DNA of 64,000 nucleotides from Hemiscyllium ocellatum (taxonomy: Eukaryota), in contig NC_083421.1 in the NCBI RefSeq assembly GCF_020745735.1, positions 38,679,001 to 38,743,000 of the forward strand, in the 5' to 3' direction. The notes under the pieces were generated by a model that was given only the letters and a program-made list of their open reading frames with translations, had not been told where the DNA came from and ran no database searches. The position numbers and the translations under genes were made by a program. How positions within the stretch are numbered: position 1 is the stretch's first letter; each line of letters opens with the position of its first letter. This document shows positions 1 through 12,607 of this stretch, in pieces.

Positions 1-216
1 CGACCCTCCCAGACCCATTCCCCTATATTTACCCCTGGCTAATTCACCTGACCTGCACATCTTTGGACTGTGGGAGAAAACCAGAATACCCAGACGCAAC
101 CCATGCAGACATAGGGAGAATGTGCACACTCCACACAGACAGTTGCCTGAGGCAGGAACTGAACCCAGGTCCCTGGTGCTGTGAGGTAGCAGTGCTAACC
201 ACTGAACCACCATGCA
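1..216 (-). mobile_element. HE1-type tRNA-derived SINE (partial, runs off window edge)
   Basis: Reverse complement reads ggtggttcagtggttagcactgctacctcacagcaccagggacctgggttcagttcc (tRNA A/B-box head), followed by the same body as copies at 11548 and 37650. Confidence 0.85.
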
Positions 217-631
217 GGTTAGAATGGATGAGGGGATCAGAGAAATTAAGGAGTCAGTATCTCAATAATGAGATCAAATACAGGCCAGAGAAAAGGGCAG
301 AGGTGGAGGGATGTATTGGAGATGGATGGAAGTATCTATGGAGGCAGCCAGAATTCCTGTCCAAAGAGGTAGGCATGGAGGCAAAGGCAATGGAAGAATA
401 GCTCAATTTCACATCATGCACAATATTCAATGATGTGGGGACATATTGGGACAAAACCAGATCTTTTGTTGAGCGAGATTATTCAGCATCAGGGAAGAGG
501 AGATCAGTGGTATAGTGAATATATCGCAAGCTTAGGAATTAGACTAAGAGATGGATTTAGAGAGAAAGAAAATTGGGAGGTGGTGGGGGGATATCCAGAG
601 GGTCATCAGTATCTGTGAAGTGTTAGAGGTT

Positions 632-1113
632 GTGTTCCTTTTATGAAGAGGTGACAAAGTTGTTTGATGAGGGAAGGGATGTAGTTGTCATGTACATGGA
701 CTTTAGTAAGGCATTTGATAAGATTCCCCATTGTAAGCTGATGAAGAAGGTGAAGTCGCATGGACTCCAAGGTGTTTTGGCTAGATGGCTAGAGAACAGG
801 CGACCGAGAGTAGTAGTGGAAGGGTGCTTCTCAAAAAGGAGAACTGTGACCCATGATGTTCCACAGGGATCTGTGCTTGGACCACTGTTGTTTGTGATAT
901 ATATAAATGATCTGGAGGAAGGTGTAGGTTGCCTCATTAGCAAGTTTGCAGATGACACTAAGATTGGTGGAGTAGCAGATATTGAAGGGGACTTTCAGAA
1001 AATACAGCAGATTGGAGAATTGGGCAGAGAAATGACAGATGGAGTTCAGTCCAGACAAATGCAAGGTGATACATTTTGGAAGATCCAATTCAAAAGCGAA
1101 CTGCACGGTAAAT
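632..1113 (+). mobile_element. CR1 LINE ORF2 RT fragment (left part of a CR1 interrupted by the Gypsy element)
   Basis: ORF 630..1211 has MDFSKAFDKIPH, VPQGSVLGPLLFVIYINDL and KFADDTK motifs; homology stops at ggtaaatg near 1113. Confidence 0.9.
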
Positions 1114-1330
1114 GCACCAACATGAACCCACCTGCTAATTCTGCTGCTCTTCTCACTTCTGAACTTGCTGTTCCTCCACATGAATTCTTACTATCTCCTC
1201 CAGCAGAATAATCTCTTTTAGAGCCTCATAGGCCTTATCTATTTTCGAAGCACAAACCCATAGATCAAAATAACCATGTTTAATTCTTTCAAACCCAACA
1301 TAAGTCTGATCTGGTTCCTTCTTTACTGTA
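1113..1330 (-). pseudogene. Inverted gag fragment (SCAN-like capsid domain) of Gmr1-type Gypsy retrotransposon
   Basis: Minus strand reads KKEPDQTYVGFERIKHGYFDLW..YEALKEIILLEE..VRIHVEEQQV / RRAAELAGGFMLVH, matching the pattern QTYxEF..FDxW..LxELILLEEF..AAxLAD of Gmr1 gag/SCAN. Confidence 0.7.
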
Positions 1331-3570
1331 CATTTGTCAGACATGCCAAATGGTAGGTAAGCCACAGGCAGTAATAAAACCCTTTGTTGCTGATTGCTAC
1401 ATTTGAAGAACCTTTCACATGGGTTATAATCGATTGTGTCCCCTCCCAAGAACTAAAAGTGAGAACCAGTACTTGTTAACCATAACAATGTGTCTACCAG
1501 ATTTCCGGAGGTAATTCCATTACAGAATATCAAGGCAAAAAGTGTAGTAGAGGAGTTAATAGCTTTCCTCATGATATGGGCTACCCAGAGAGATCCAGTT
1601 GGACCAAGGGTCAAATTTTGCTGCTAGGATGTTTAAGCAGGTTATGATTAGCTTGGATATGCAGAAGTTTAAATCCAGAGCACATCATCCTGAATCCTAG
1701 GGAGCTTTAGAAAGGTGGCATCAGATTTTGAAAACCATGTTGAGAGCATGCTGTCAGGATTACCCGAATGATTGGGTTAAAGGTATCCCATTGATATTGT
1801 TTGCCATTAGAGATGTCCCAAATGAATCTTATTGGTTCACTCACTTTTGAATTAATATTCGGGCAAGAAATGAGAGGTCCTTTGTGATTAATTAAAGAAA
1901 AATTGACAGGACCAAAGTAAGAGATCTCACATTTAGATTATGTATTGGAGGTAAGGGAAAGATTAAATAGAGTGGGTGAATAAGTTAAACAGCACCTAAA
2001 GAGGCCACAGCATTGAATGAAGCAGATTACAGATAAAAGCTCTGAGACTTAGATGTTTTCCTGGGGGACTAACATGTTAATACTGTTACCAATGATAGGA
2101 GGTCCCTTCAAAGCCAGGTTTAGTGTCCCTATGAGATTGAGGAAAAATTAAAACAAATTTTAAAATGAAGGAGTCCTAGAGGAGTGGGATAGGTTAGTAA
2201 ACTATCTGACTCAGGAGCATAGAATGCAGTTGAAAAATTTGTTACTGCAGTATGAGGACATATCTAAGAATCAGATGGGGAAGACTAATGCTATTATACA
2301 TGAAGCAGACGTAGGGAATACTGCTCCAATAAAACAACACCCCTGTCACTTTAACCCTTTCAAAGCCAGACAGGTCCAGATGGAGGTGGAGGCCATGCTC
2401 AGTAAGGGCCAAGCCAGAGTGAGTGGAGTTCGCCGATTGTCTTAGTTCCCAGACCTGGTGGGACTCAATGATTCTGCATGGATTATGGGAAAGTCAATGT
2501 CTTTATAAAATTGGAGTCATATCCAATTCCTAGATTGGAGGACTGTATTGAGAAAGTTGGACAAGCCAGTTATATCACCAAGTTGGATTTAATGTGTGGT
2601 TACTGGCAGGCATCTTTATCAGAGATGGTGAAAGAAATTTCTGCATTTATAACCCCAAGTGGGCTATATCAGTTTAAAGTGATGCTCTTTGGAATGAAGA
2701 ACGCACGTGCCACATTCCAAAGACTCATGAACAGTGTTGTGGCTGGGTTAACAAACTGTGCAGTCTATTTGGACAATGTACTGATCTTTAGTAAGTCCTG
2801 GAAAGATCATAAGGTACAGTTGGCAGAGCTCTTTGAATGACTACGAGAAGCAAAACTGGTGATAAAGTTGAATAAAATTGAATTCACGAAAGCAAAGGTG
2901 ACATTCTTGGAACGTAACAAAGGTCATGGAAGGTTGACCCCATGGAAAACAATGACGAAGGCCATCAAGGAATTTTCACAACCAACCTCGAAGGAAGAGG
3001 TGCTTCATTTCTTAGGACTCAACGGAACCTATTGGAGGTTTGTTCCAAATTTCAGCAGTAAAATGGCACCATTAACCAATTTGCTGAAGAAGAATGCAAA
3101 GTTTTGGTGGACAGAACAACTGCCAGGAGACATTCGACATTTGAAAGCCATATTAGCCACCAAACCCATTTTAGCTACACTAAACATTTCAAAATATTTT
3201 AAAGTTGCCATCGATGCTAGTAACATGGGAGTTGGAGCTGTACTCCTGCAGGAAGGTGAGGATGGGCTTGAACTGCCAATTGGTTACTTTTTGAAGAAGA
3301 TAAACATCCACCAGAGGAAGTACTCCATAATTGTAACGCAACTTTTGAGTTTGGTACTTGTCTCCCAACATTTCAATGTGTGTGTCACAAACAATTTGTC
3401 AGAGTCAGTTGTGTACACTGATCACAATCTACTTACATTCTTAAAATGCTTTAAAGAAGAATATGAGGCTATTTTGTTGGAGTCTTATATTGTAGACCTT
3501 TAATTGAAAAATCATATATGTTGCGAGTCATAAGAATGTAATTGCAGATGCATTATGGTAGATTTAACTG
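1331..3570 (+). mobile_element. Gmr1-like Ty3/Gypsy pol, decayed; order integrase - RT - RNase H
   Basis: 1331-2150 integrase (CQTCQMVGKP, EPFTWVIIDCV, RFPEVIPL, DQGSNF, HHPES*GALERWHQILKTML). 2224-2990 RT (YPIPRLEDCIEKVG, KLDLMCGYWQ, FGMKNARATFQRLMN, YLDNVL). To about 3570 RNase H (AIDASNMGVGAVLLQ, VYTDHNLLTFL, NVIADAL). Confidence 0.9.
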
Positions 3571-3756
3571 ATAGAGTTTAGAAGAGATTTATATTTGTTT
3601 AATGTTTTATTATATATGCAGTTATATGGGAAGAGGTTAAGGTGAACTTATATTAATGCTATCTGGATGTTAGGGTGATGTGTTAAAAGAAAAAGAAGAA
3701 AACAAATGAAGCCATTGTTTCATTATGATGGTTCATTTTTTTCTTAAGGGGGGAGG

Positions 3757-4418
3757 TTTTATGAAGATATTTTAAGAGAGTTAAAAACTAGCAGAAAATA
3801 CCTGACAGCACCATGTGTTCTGAAAGATGATACAATGTAACATGTGCTTCAGGTACTGGGGTAGCTAGGGTAGCTGATTGTCCCAAAAATACCAAACTCC
3901 AATCCAGTTTGAATTTAGTATATTGACAATCTTAAAAGCCAATGACAATGGCTTTGGTCTGATACTCTCAAAGCCAATCAGACCAGGGAAAATTGAACCG
4001 TTGAGAGGAGACCTGCCAAGCTACCAGCATGTAAAGTTTGCCTGAAAAATAGCTCTCTTAAAGGTACTTTAATCAATCAGCAACCTGTGAGCAGAATCCC
4101 CAAGAAGAAGAAAAGACGACAGGAATACAGAGAAGACTGAAAGCTGCCTGGTTTTGAGATAAGAAATTTTGTTTTGTAAATTGTAATTGGCAGTTTTATT
4201 AGACTAGTATCATAGAAGGGAAGGTAAAAGATAGTTTCAAGAGGCATTGTAAATAGTTGTTATTTAATTATTCTCTGTTATACTTTCGGAAATAAATTGT
4301 TAGTTTTTACTTTAAATAGCTCTTGGCTTATCGAATTTTCATAGATTACTGAATGGGATAAATTGTTTCTGTGTTACGGGATTTAAATTAGTAGAGGGGT
4401 TTACCCTGTGTCATAACA
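3757..4418 (+). mobile_element. 3' LTR of the Gmr1-like element (662 bp), preceded by polypurine tract 3746-3756
   Basis: PPT aaggggggagg immediately upstream; inverted termini tTttatga...tcataaca; aataaa at 4291; CR1 sequence resumes at 4419. Confidence 0.8.
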
Positions 4419-4955
4419 GGCCACATTTAGAATACTGCATATAGTTCTGGTTGCCACATTAACAAAAGGAGGGTGCAGAGGAGATTCACCAGGATGTTGC
4501 CTGGTATGGAGGGTGCTAGCCATTAGGAGAGGTTGAGTAAATTAGGATTATTTTCATTGGAAAGAAGGAGGTTGGGGCGGGGGACCTGATTGAGACCTAC
4601 AAAATCATGACAGGTGTAGACAGAGTGGATAGCAAGAAACTTTTTTCCAGAGTGGAGGACTCAATTATTAGGGGTCATGAGTTGAAAGTGAGAGGGGAAA
4701 AGTTTAGGGGAGAAATGTATGGAAAGTTCTTCATGCAGAGAGTGGTGGGTGCCTGGAATGCGTTGCCAGTGTAGGTGGTAGGGGCAGGAACGATAGCATC
4801 ATTTAGGATGTATCTAGACAGATACATGAATGGGCAGGGAGCAAAGGGATACAGACCCTTAGGTGGCAGATTTAGATAGAGGATCTGGATCGGCGCAGGT
4901 CTGGAAGGGTTCAGGGCCTGTTCCTGTGTTGTAATTTTCTTTGTTCTTTGTTCAT
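4419..4955 (+). mobile_element. CR1 LINE 3' end
   Basis: RPHLEYC..FTRMLPG..FMQRVVGAWNALP coding tail, 3' UTR ggcctgttcctgtg and a (gttcttt)n tail. Confidence 0.9.
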
Positions 4956-5149
4956 TTCCTGATGAATCCTCGCAACCAAACTCACTACACTGGGCTTGAG
5001 TGTAGGTAGGAGACATGATCCTGAAAGAAACTTGGTGGATAAAACCTCTTACTCCCCCCTTCTGCCTTATCTTCTTTGCTGTGTCTGCTCTTTTTTCCTG
5101 CAAAGCTAGAGAGAGTCAGCACAGGTTAACTGTTGTCTCACAATGTCAG

Positions 5150-5410
5150 CTTTGGGTGACTGTCTGTGTGAAGTTTGTACATTCTCCCTGTGCCTGCGTG
5201 GGTTTCTGCAGGGTGCTCCAGTTTCCTTCCATAGTCCAAAGATGTGCAAGTTAGGTGGATTGGCCATGCTAAATTGTTTATTGTGTCCAGGGATGTCTAA
5301 CTTAGCTGCATTAGCCATGGGAAATGCATGGATAGGGTAGGGAGATGGATCTAGTCAGGATGCTCTTTGGAGGGTCAGTATGGACCTGTTGGTCTGAATA
5401 GCCTGTGGGA
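5150..5410 (+). mobile_element. HE1-type SINE, 5'-truncated
   Basis: gactgtctgtgtgaagtttgtacattctccctgtg...tccaaagatgtgcaagttaggtggattggccatgctaaattg core. Confidence 0.8.
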
Positions 5411-5685
5411 ATTCTAGGAGAGATGAGGGAGATCGCTAACTGAATGCTAGAGGGCTGGGAGAAAATGATGCAACTCCAAAGCCACTGAAGTCTTCTTCAC
5501 ATTCAGTGCAAACTCTCTGCAGACCTCATCAACTTTTATTAACTCCTCCCAACACTGAGCATTAACTCACTCACAGCAAGGGTCAGTAAAAGCTAATAAG
5601 CAAAGAGCCTAATGTTGTTGATGACCTCTTTACATCGCACTGGAAGAGCTTGGGATCCTCATGCTGTTGAGTTTACTATCAGTTT

Positions 5686-5725
5686 TGTGTGTGTGTGTGT
5701 GTGTGCGCGTGCGCGTGTGTGTGTG
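5686..5725. repeat. (TG)n microsatellite with CG interruptions
   Basis: Direct read: tgtgtgtg...tgcgcgtgcgcgtgtgtgtgtg. Confidence 0.95.
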
Positions 5726-7154
5726 TTAAGAGAGACAATGAGTGGAATTGAGCTGACATCAATGAGTGGTCTGGTGTCATTTTGGCATTAAATGGTTGAC
5801 TCACAATCTGCCAACTCGGCATATTTACAGTGCACGAGCATCGTCGCTATGATGCTACCCTCATCAAGGAGTTTCATAACACTAGCCGTCCTGAAAGTGG
5901 GCTGAAGCAACGTGGATGCTATGTCTCTGCTGAACCAGCACCCATACAAATTCTGTGGCCGTTACATTCTCTACTCACTCACACTTTCCAAACAGTGCAC
6001 AGAGAACAAAAAATGATCTCTCGCTTTCTTTTGCAATGGAAAGACACCAACGAACCAATGTGGGCAAGACTGACTGACTGGCAGCCAGAGAGAACATCTA
6101 CATTCCAACAAACGAACATTGCTGTAGCTCTCTACTTGTTGGACTGGATTTGTAATAAGCTGGTAGCAAAAGTATTGTCATTCATCTTAGAGAGATTACT
6201 GTTACCCTAGCATTGAAACCTCTAAGAAGTGACTCCAGGTAGGATTGTTACTTCAAAGTGTAAATTGCTTAGAAACTAAAGAGTTGAAAGATTGCTATAT
6301 ATTTTGTTTCTTTATAATCAAGAATTATATATCTCTGTTTTAAGTTGCATTATTTGAATTAATATCATTTAGTTAATAGAATGCAAAAGTGAAATTTTGA
6401 TTTACAGACTCATACTGAAATTTTGGCTATGATTCATCAATTACAAGAAATTTTACTCATTACATCACTAACATTCAGCAGTGTTACAAGAAGCAAACTC
6501 CAAAATGCCCCGTTGTGCTTTTTTTATCTCAAATCTTTTGCAAAGTATTGAATTATCAGTTTGCTGCTGCTTATTTACCTTTGCCCTCATATTATGAGCA
6601 CTTCATTGCAATAGCAGACAGCACCTACATTACCTGAAACCTTGAGACATGGCCTTCATTGGCAGTTATATTTACTGGTAGGCCAATTCTTCTTCAGATT
6701 TGGTCCCACTGCTGAATAACTCCTAATTTTTCCTTTCTTCTTCAGATTATCTAACAAAACAGGTTGTAATGTGGGCAGGATTTATTGATATGTTTCTGCT
6801 TGTGGTAAAATTACTCTGTGAGCCCCAGGTTGTGAATTAAATGCATAAATATTTGCATTTGCTCATTTCTTGGATGGGAAATATATAAATAAATTACTGG
6901 GATTGAAAATGTTATTATGCATTTTCAATCTGATCTGCAAATTGATCATTGCTGCTTGCAATGAAAGCTCATCTACCCTGTCAACTCAAACATAATATTA
7001 ATTCTTCATTTATCTTGCATATTGCAACAGCTCCATGTTTATCATCAGGCTGAAGTCTCCTCACACAACAAAAAACATTTAATCTGAGGGTGAGGGTGTT
7101 CAACCCCATACCTTCCAGTTTCACTTTTGCTTTTGTTTAATTCAACAAAGAATA

Positions 7155-8197
7155 TTGAGTATTGACAAATATGAGGTGATGCATTTTGGAAGGTCAAGTA
7201 CAGGTGGAAATTATACAGTGAATGGCAGAACCCTGAGGAGTATTGGTATGCAAAGGGATCTCAGTGTGCAGATCCACAGATCACTGAAGGCGGCAGTGCA
7301 GATAGATAAGGTAGCAACAAAAGACCTATGGCATGCTTGTAGAAGTGAGGACTATGGATGCTGGAGATCAGAGTCGAGATGTGATGCTGGAAAAACACAG
7401 CAGATCCGGCAGCATCCGAGGAGCAGGAGAATCAACGTTTTGGGCATAAGCTTTTCATCAGGATTCCTGATAAAGGTTTTATGCCCAAAACATCGATTCT
7501 TCTTCTCCTCGGGTGCTGCCTGACCTGCTGTGCTTTTCCAGCACCATACTCTTGACTATGGCATGCTTGCCTTCATTAGAAGGGGGATTGAGTATAAGGG
7601 TAGATCAGTTATGCTGCAGCTTTCTAGAAGTTTGGTTAGGCCACACTTGGAATACTGCATATAGTTCTGGTCACCACACTACCAGAATGATGTGGATGCT
7701 TTGGACAGGTTACAGAAATGGTTTACCAAGATGTTCCTTGGTATGGAGAATTTTAGCAATGAAGAAAGTTTGGATGGGCTGGGTTTATTTTCACTGGAAT
7801 GCAGGAGGTTGCAGGGTGACATGATCGAAGTTTATAAGATTGTGAATGATATGGATAGAGTGGAAAGCATAAGGCTTTTTAGTCAGGGTGGAGAGGTCAA
7901 TTACTAGGGGACACAGGTTCAAGATGCGAGGGGGTGCTGGTTTAAAAGAGATGTGTGAAGCAAGTTTTTCACACAAAGGGTGGTGAGTGCCTGGAATGTG
8001 TTGCCAAAGGAAGTGTTGGAAACAGACACAATAGTAGCATTCAGGAAGTACCTAGACAAATACATGAATAGGCAGGGAATAGAGGGATATAGATCCTGTA
8101 AGTGAAGACAGTTTTAGTAAGGAAGGGCAAAATGTGTCAGTGCAAGCTTGGAGGTTGAAGGGCCTGTTCCTGTGCTGTGTTGTTCTTTGTTCTTTGT
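7155..8197 (+). mobile_element. CR1 LINE 3' fragment with nested palindromic insertion
   Basis: DKYEVMHFGR, RRLQGDMIEVYKI, FFTQRVVSAWNVLP; (gttcttt)n tail near 8180-8197. Confidence 0.9.
7340..7555 (-). mobile_element. ORF-less palindromic Penelope-type terminal-repeat element with two back-to-back decayed hammerhead cores
   Basis: Arms about 7372-7461 and 7467-7555 are inverted; centre tcatcag-gattc-ctgataa; 14-bp TSD ctatggcatgcttg at 7326-7339 and 7556-7569. Confidence 0.8.
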
Positions 8198-9286
8198 AGT
8201 ATTCTTTTTCCGCAATGTGAGGGGCTTTACAAGATGCACAATTGCGAAACGGAAGTTTCGAGTTCAAAACCTTGTTAGAGGGATGTGAGTGGAAACTGAC
8301 ATCAACTGAAAATCACTTGTCATTTTGTGAATTTGTTTTGGAAAAATCAGCAGATGACAAAATGTGATTTTTTAAAAATTTCACCTCATAATTTAACTCT
8401 TGGAATCTAGGTATCATTCTGGTAAATCTATACCGTAGTCCCTCTGAGGTCAGTATACCATCCTCAAGTTGTGGCACGCAAAGAGGTTTACAATACTCAG
8501 GTATGGACAGCCCATAACTGTAACATAAGTTCTACCTCTTGTACTCAGGTTCTGTAGTTATAAATCCAACACTTGATTAATTGTTTCAATTATTCTCATG
8601 TTTGTGTTTTTTAATGATCAGTGCAGCACACCCAAAATTCAGCAGGTGATAGATTCGTTCTTTTATTTGTGTGACTGCACTAACAGAAGCTTTTGCAGCA
8701 TATTATCAAAATAGATTATTCCATTTGTGACAAGAAAGCCTTCCACAGGAGGAGTATGGCAAAATACAACATTCCTGTAAGGCAACAGGTCACTTGTTTG
8801 ATCTGAAAGCCAAACATCTTTCAAGCATTAAGAGAAGAACAGAGCTAATGTTTCAAGTCATATGATACTTTCAGGATTGTCTCTTTCTACCAAGATGCTG
8901 CCAGACCTGTTGAGTATTTCCAGAATTTCTGCTTTTATTCCAAATCTCCAGTGTCTGTGGTATTTTGCTTTTGTGTCATCTGTATGATCTGTAGGCAGAT
9001 GGAAAGATTTTAATTTGAATCATTATCTAAAACAATAAACTTTCTGTCCCTGTCATGTAGATGAGCAATGAGTTAATCTCATTTATAATTTAAACATTCC
9101 ACAATTTCTGAGAGGAAATGATAACTGAAGAAACCCCCAGCTATGAATTATATGTCAGGGATTGCAGTTTAACAATTAAAGATGAACCAGGAAAACATTC
9201 TCTTTTGTGTCTTGTCCCTTCACTCTCTCAAACTACAGGAGCTTTATTACATTACTCTGGGCAAGATTTAATCCTACCTGGAGGAG

Positions 9287-10243
9287 TGAGGCCCTTGCTG
9301 AATACTGTGCATCTGCATTCACAAAGGACAGGGACATGCTGGATGGTGAACCTAGAGAGGGATATTTGATATTCTATGACTTCTTGTTGAGGTGTTGGGT
9401 GTTTTGAAAAGCTTGAAGGTAGACAAGTCCCCAGGACCTGATAGTATGTATTCTAGAAATCTGAGGGAGATGAAGAAGAAAATTGCTGGGCCTCATATGA
9501 AATCTTTGTATCCTTTCTGGTTACAGGCAAGGTCCCAGAGGACAGACAAAGAGCCAATGTTGTTCCTTTGTTTAAGCAGGGCAACAGAGATAATCCTGGA
9601 AATTACCAGTCAGTGAGCCTTACAGCTCAGTGATAGGGAAATTATTAGAGAAGATTTTTAGGGACAGGATTTATTCACATTTGGAAAAATATGAACGTAT
9701 TAGTGACAGGCATCATGGCTATGTGCAGAGGAGGTCATGTCTCACAAAGTTGATTGAGTTGTTTGAAGAAGTGACAAAGGGGTCTTAAAAGACAGTAGCA
9801 GTGGAAGGGTGTTTTTCTGACTGGAGATCTGTGACCAGTGTTGGAACCCATGTTATTTGTTATATATATATAAATTATTTGGAAGAGCACATAGGTGGCC
9901 TGATTAGTAAGTTTGTGGACAACACAAAGATTGGGGGAGCTGCGGATATTGAGGAGGATTGCAAGCAGGATATAGATAGGCTGAAAACTTGGGTGGAGAA
10001 ATGGCAGGTGGAGTTTAAGGAGTTGTGAGAGGCAAGTTTTTAATGCAGAGGGTGGTAAGTGCAGATATAATAGCAACATTTAAGGGGCATCTTGACAGAT
10101 AAAAATAGACAGGGAATAGAGCGGATTTGGACCACCTGGAGATAAAAGGATTTTAGTTTAGAAAAGGGTTATTTGTAAGTGCAGGGTTGGTGGGCTGAAG
10201 AGCCTGTTCCTGTGCTGTACTATTCTGTGTTCTTGTTCTTTGT
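9287..10243 (+). mobile_element. CR1 LINE ORF2/3' end, internally deleted
   Basis: VDKSPGPD, EGCFSDWRSVTS, KFVDNTKIGG; CR1 3' UTR and tail. Confidence 0.85.
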
Positions 10244-10711
10244 TTCAAAGTTAGAAGAATATATTGATGTTTTCACAGTGCATAAGGCCCAAGCTAATGC
10301 CAACAGGGTTTACAATATGCTTTCTGGCCTATGCCAACTGTTAAACTAGGGGAACATGCTGGGGTAAACTGCCAGGTAAACTCTATTTTCCCTCCAAGAA
10401 GCTAGGGACGATAAGAGAAGATTGGGTCGTTTTACATGAAGTGAAAATTATACTTGGACCCTGAGGCGATTATCATTTATTTACATGATAATACAAATTT
10501 TAAAACATTTGCAATAAATTGACATGTTTTGAAATGGATCAGAATTTTTCAATGACATCACTCTTCACTTAGTTTCACTCACCACGGAAAAGAACAGATT
10601 AGGAACACAAATTGAATCCAGCGTATCTGATATGCAATCTAACTCCAATACCTGCTTTGGCAAATTCCTTTTCACCTGCATAAAATGAAAGCCCATTATT
10701 CTAACTGTGTA

Positions 10712-10910
10712 AAAACAAAGTATTGTGAATTCTGGAGATCTGAAATGAAAAAGAACATAATGTTCTAGAGAAACTCATCAGTTCTGTCAATACCTATGCA
10801 GAGCCAAACAGAGTTCTGAAAAAGATACATATTGGACTTGAAAGATTAACTCTGTTTCACTCTCCATATATGCTGCCAGATCAACTGAGTTTCTCCAACA
10901 CTTTCTTTAC
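10712..10910. mobile_element. Decayed palindromic Penelope-type terminal-repeat element
   Basis: gagaaactcatcagttctg...aacagagtt vs aactctgtt...ccagatcaactgagtttctc; relic core ctgaaaaa...ggacttgaaa. Confidence 0.55.
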
Positions 10911-11547
10911 CTCACTTAGATTTGTGCTATTGACAAATGTGGCACTATACCTCCTGTCCCTTCATCCCAGTCATTTATATGAATTGTAGAGAGATGACAT
11001 GCTAGAACTGATCCCTGGGATACCACTCATTACATTTTGCCAATATGATTATACCTAACCTCTGCTTTCTGTTAACTGGCCAACCTTCCTATTGTGTCAA
11101 GATATTAACCCTCCTACACCATGAGATTTTATTTCTGCAATAACCTTTGATGTGAAGCTTCATTAAATGCCTTCTTGAAAACTAACACAAGTTCCTCTTT
11201 ATCCACAGCACATGTTCCTACAAAAAGTTTCAATAGCTTGCTCAAACATGACTTCTTTCTCACTAAATGTTGACTCTTCCTAATTATTTCGAACTCGTTT
11301 AAGTGCCCGGCTATAACCTCTTTAACAATCCCTTCTAACGTTTTCCCTTTAACAGATATTAAGCTAACTGGCTTGTAATATCCTACTTTCCTAGTTACAA
11401 TCAGCATTACCGTCAAATCTAATGGAAATTTCCTCGAATTCAGGGAGTTTTGTAAAATTAAATCAACGCATCAACAACCTCAATAGGCATTTCTTTTAGG
11501 ATCCCAGGATGTGGTCCATCATGGAGGAGGGAGGTGGGCATGTGGAC

Positions 11548-11856
11548 TGGCATGGTGGCTCAGTGGTTAGCACTACTGCCTAACAGCGCTAGGGACCTGG
11601 GTTCGATTCCATCCTCAGGCGACTGTCTTGTGGGTCCTACCTGGGTCCTCTGGTTTCCTGCCACAATCCAAGGATGTGCAGGTTAGGAGAATCGGCCATG
11701 CTAAATTGAACATCATGTCCAAGGATATGTAGGTTAGATCATTAGTCAGGGGAAATGTAAATTGTAGGGGAATAGATCTGGGTGAGATACTCTTCAGAGA
11801 GTTAGGGTGGGCTTGTTGAGCCAAATGGCCTGTTTTGACACTGTAGGAATTCTATG
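11548..11856 (+). mobile_element. HE1-type SINE, full length
   Basis: tggcatggtggctcagtggttagcact (A box), gggttcgattcc (B box), CR1-like tail ggcctgttttgacactgtaggaattctatg. Confidence 0.9.
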
Positions 11857-12607
11857 AAAGACCTAGGCACTTGGTCAGCCCACAGATCCACCAATTTAAT
11901 CACTAGCAACATCTCTGATGATTTTCTCATTTGTTGCTCCTTCTGGCATATTATTGGCGTATACTTTATAGTGAAACACAATGGAAAATGCCTGTTCAAT
12001 TCATCTGCCATCTCTTTAGTTTCCAATATCACTTCTCCAGACTCAGTTTCTTAGAACAACGCTTTTTAGAAATATTTTCAAACATTCTTACTGTTTTTAC
12101 ATTCTGGCTACAGTTCTGTATGAAAGAAAACAGCCCCAGCATGTTCAATTTTCCACTGTAGCTGCAATTTTCAAGCCCTGGTAACATTCTTGGAAATCTC
12201 CTTTGTACTTTCTCTGGAAGAATTATGTCCTTCCAGTAATATGGTGACGAGAACAATGCATGAAACTCCAGTTGCAGTCCAACTAGTGTCTTACTTAGTT
12301 CCAGCAGTACATCTCTGCTTTTGTATTCAGTACCTTGCCTCATGAAGCAAAGCATCCAACATGTCTTCTTTACCACTTTACTTGCCTGCATTGCCCATTT
12401 TCAAGGGACTTGTCAACTTGCATTTCAAGGTTTCTCACTTGTTTTACTTCTCAGCGTACTCCCATTTATTGTATACTTCCTCATTTAGTTCACCCTCCAC
12501 CATTACATAATCTTGCACTTCTTCAAATTGAATTCTATTTATCACTTTTTCACCCACTCAAATAATTCAATGCCATTATTCTTCAGTCAACAGTCATACT
12601 CTTCATT

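Noticed and set aside
63-401. ORFs of the MDCGRKPEYP/METGPSAQ type (also 37632..37937)
   Set aside because: Antisense translations of HE1 SINEs.
4958-4990. ctgatga hammerhead-like box
   Set aside because: No stem II or GAAA downstream.
5830-6210. 126-aa ORF after a tttacag acceptor-like site
   Set aside because: No recognisable domain and a non-ATG start; the region may be an old LTR-like repeat, but I could not define termini.
11548-11620. tRNA gene
   Set aside because: A/B boxes belong to an HE1 SINE head that continues into the SINE body; the same applies to the other copies.
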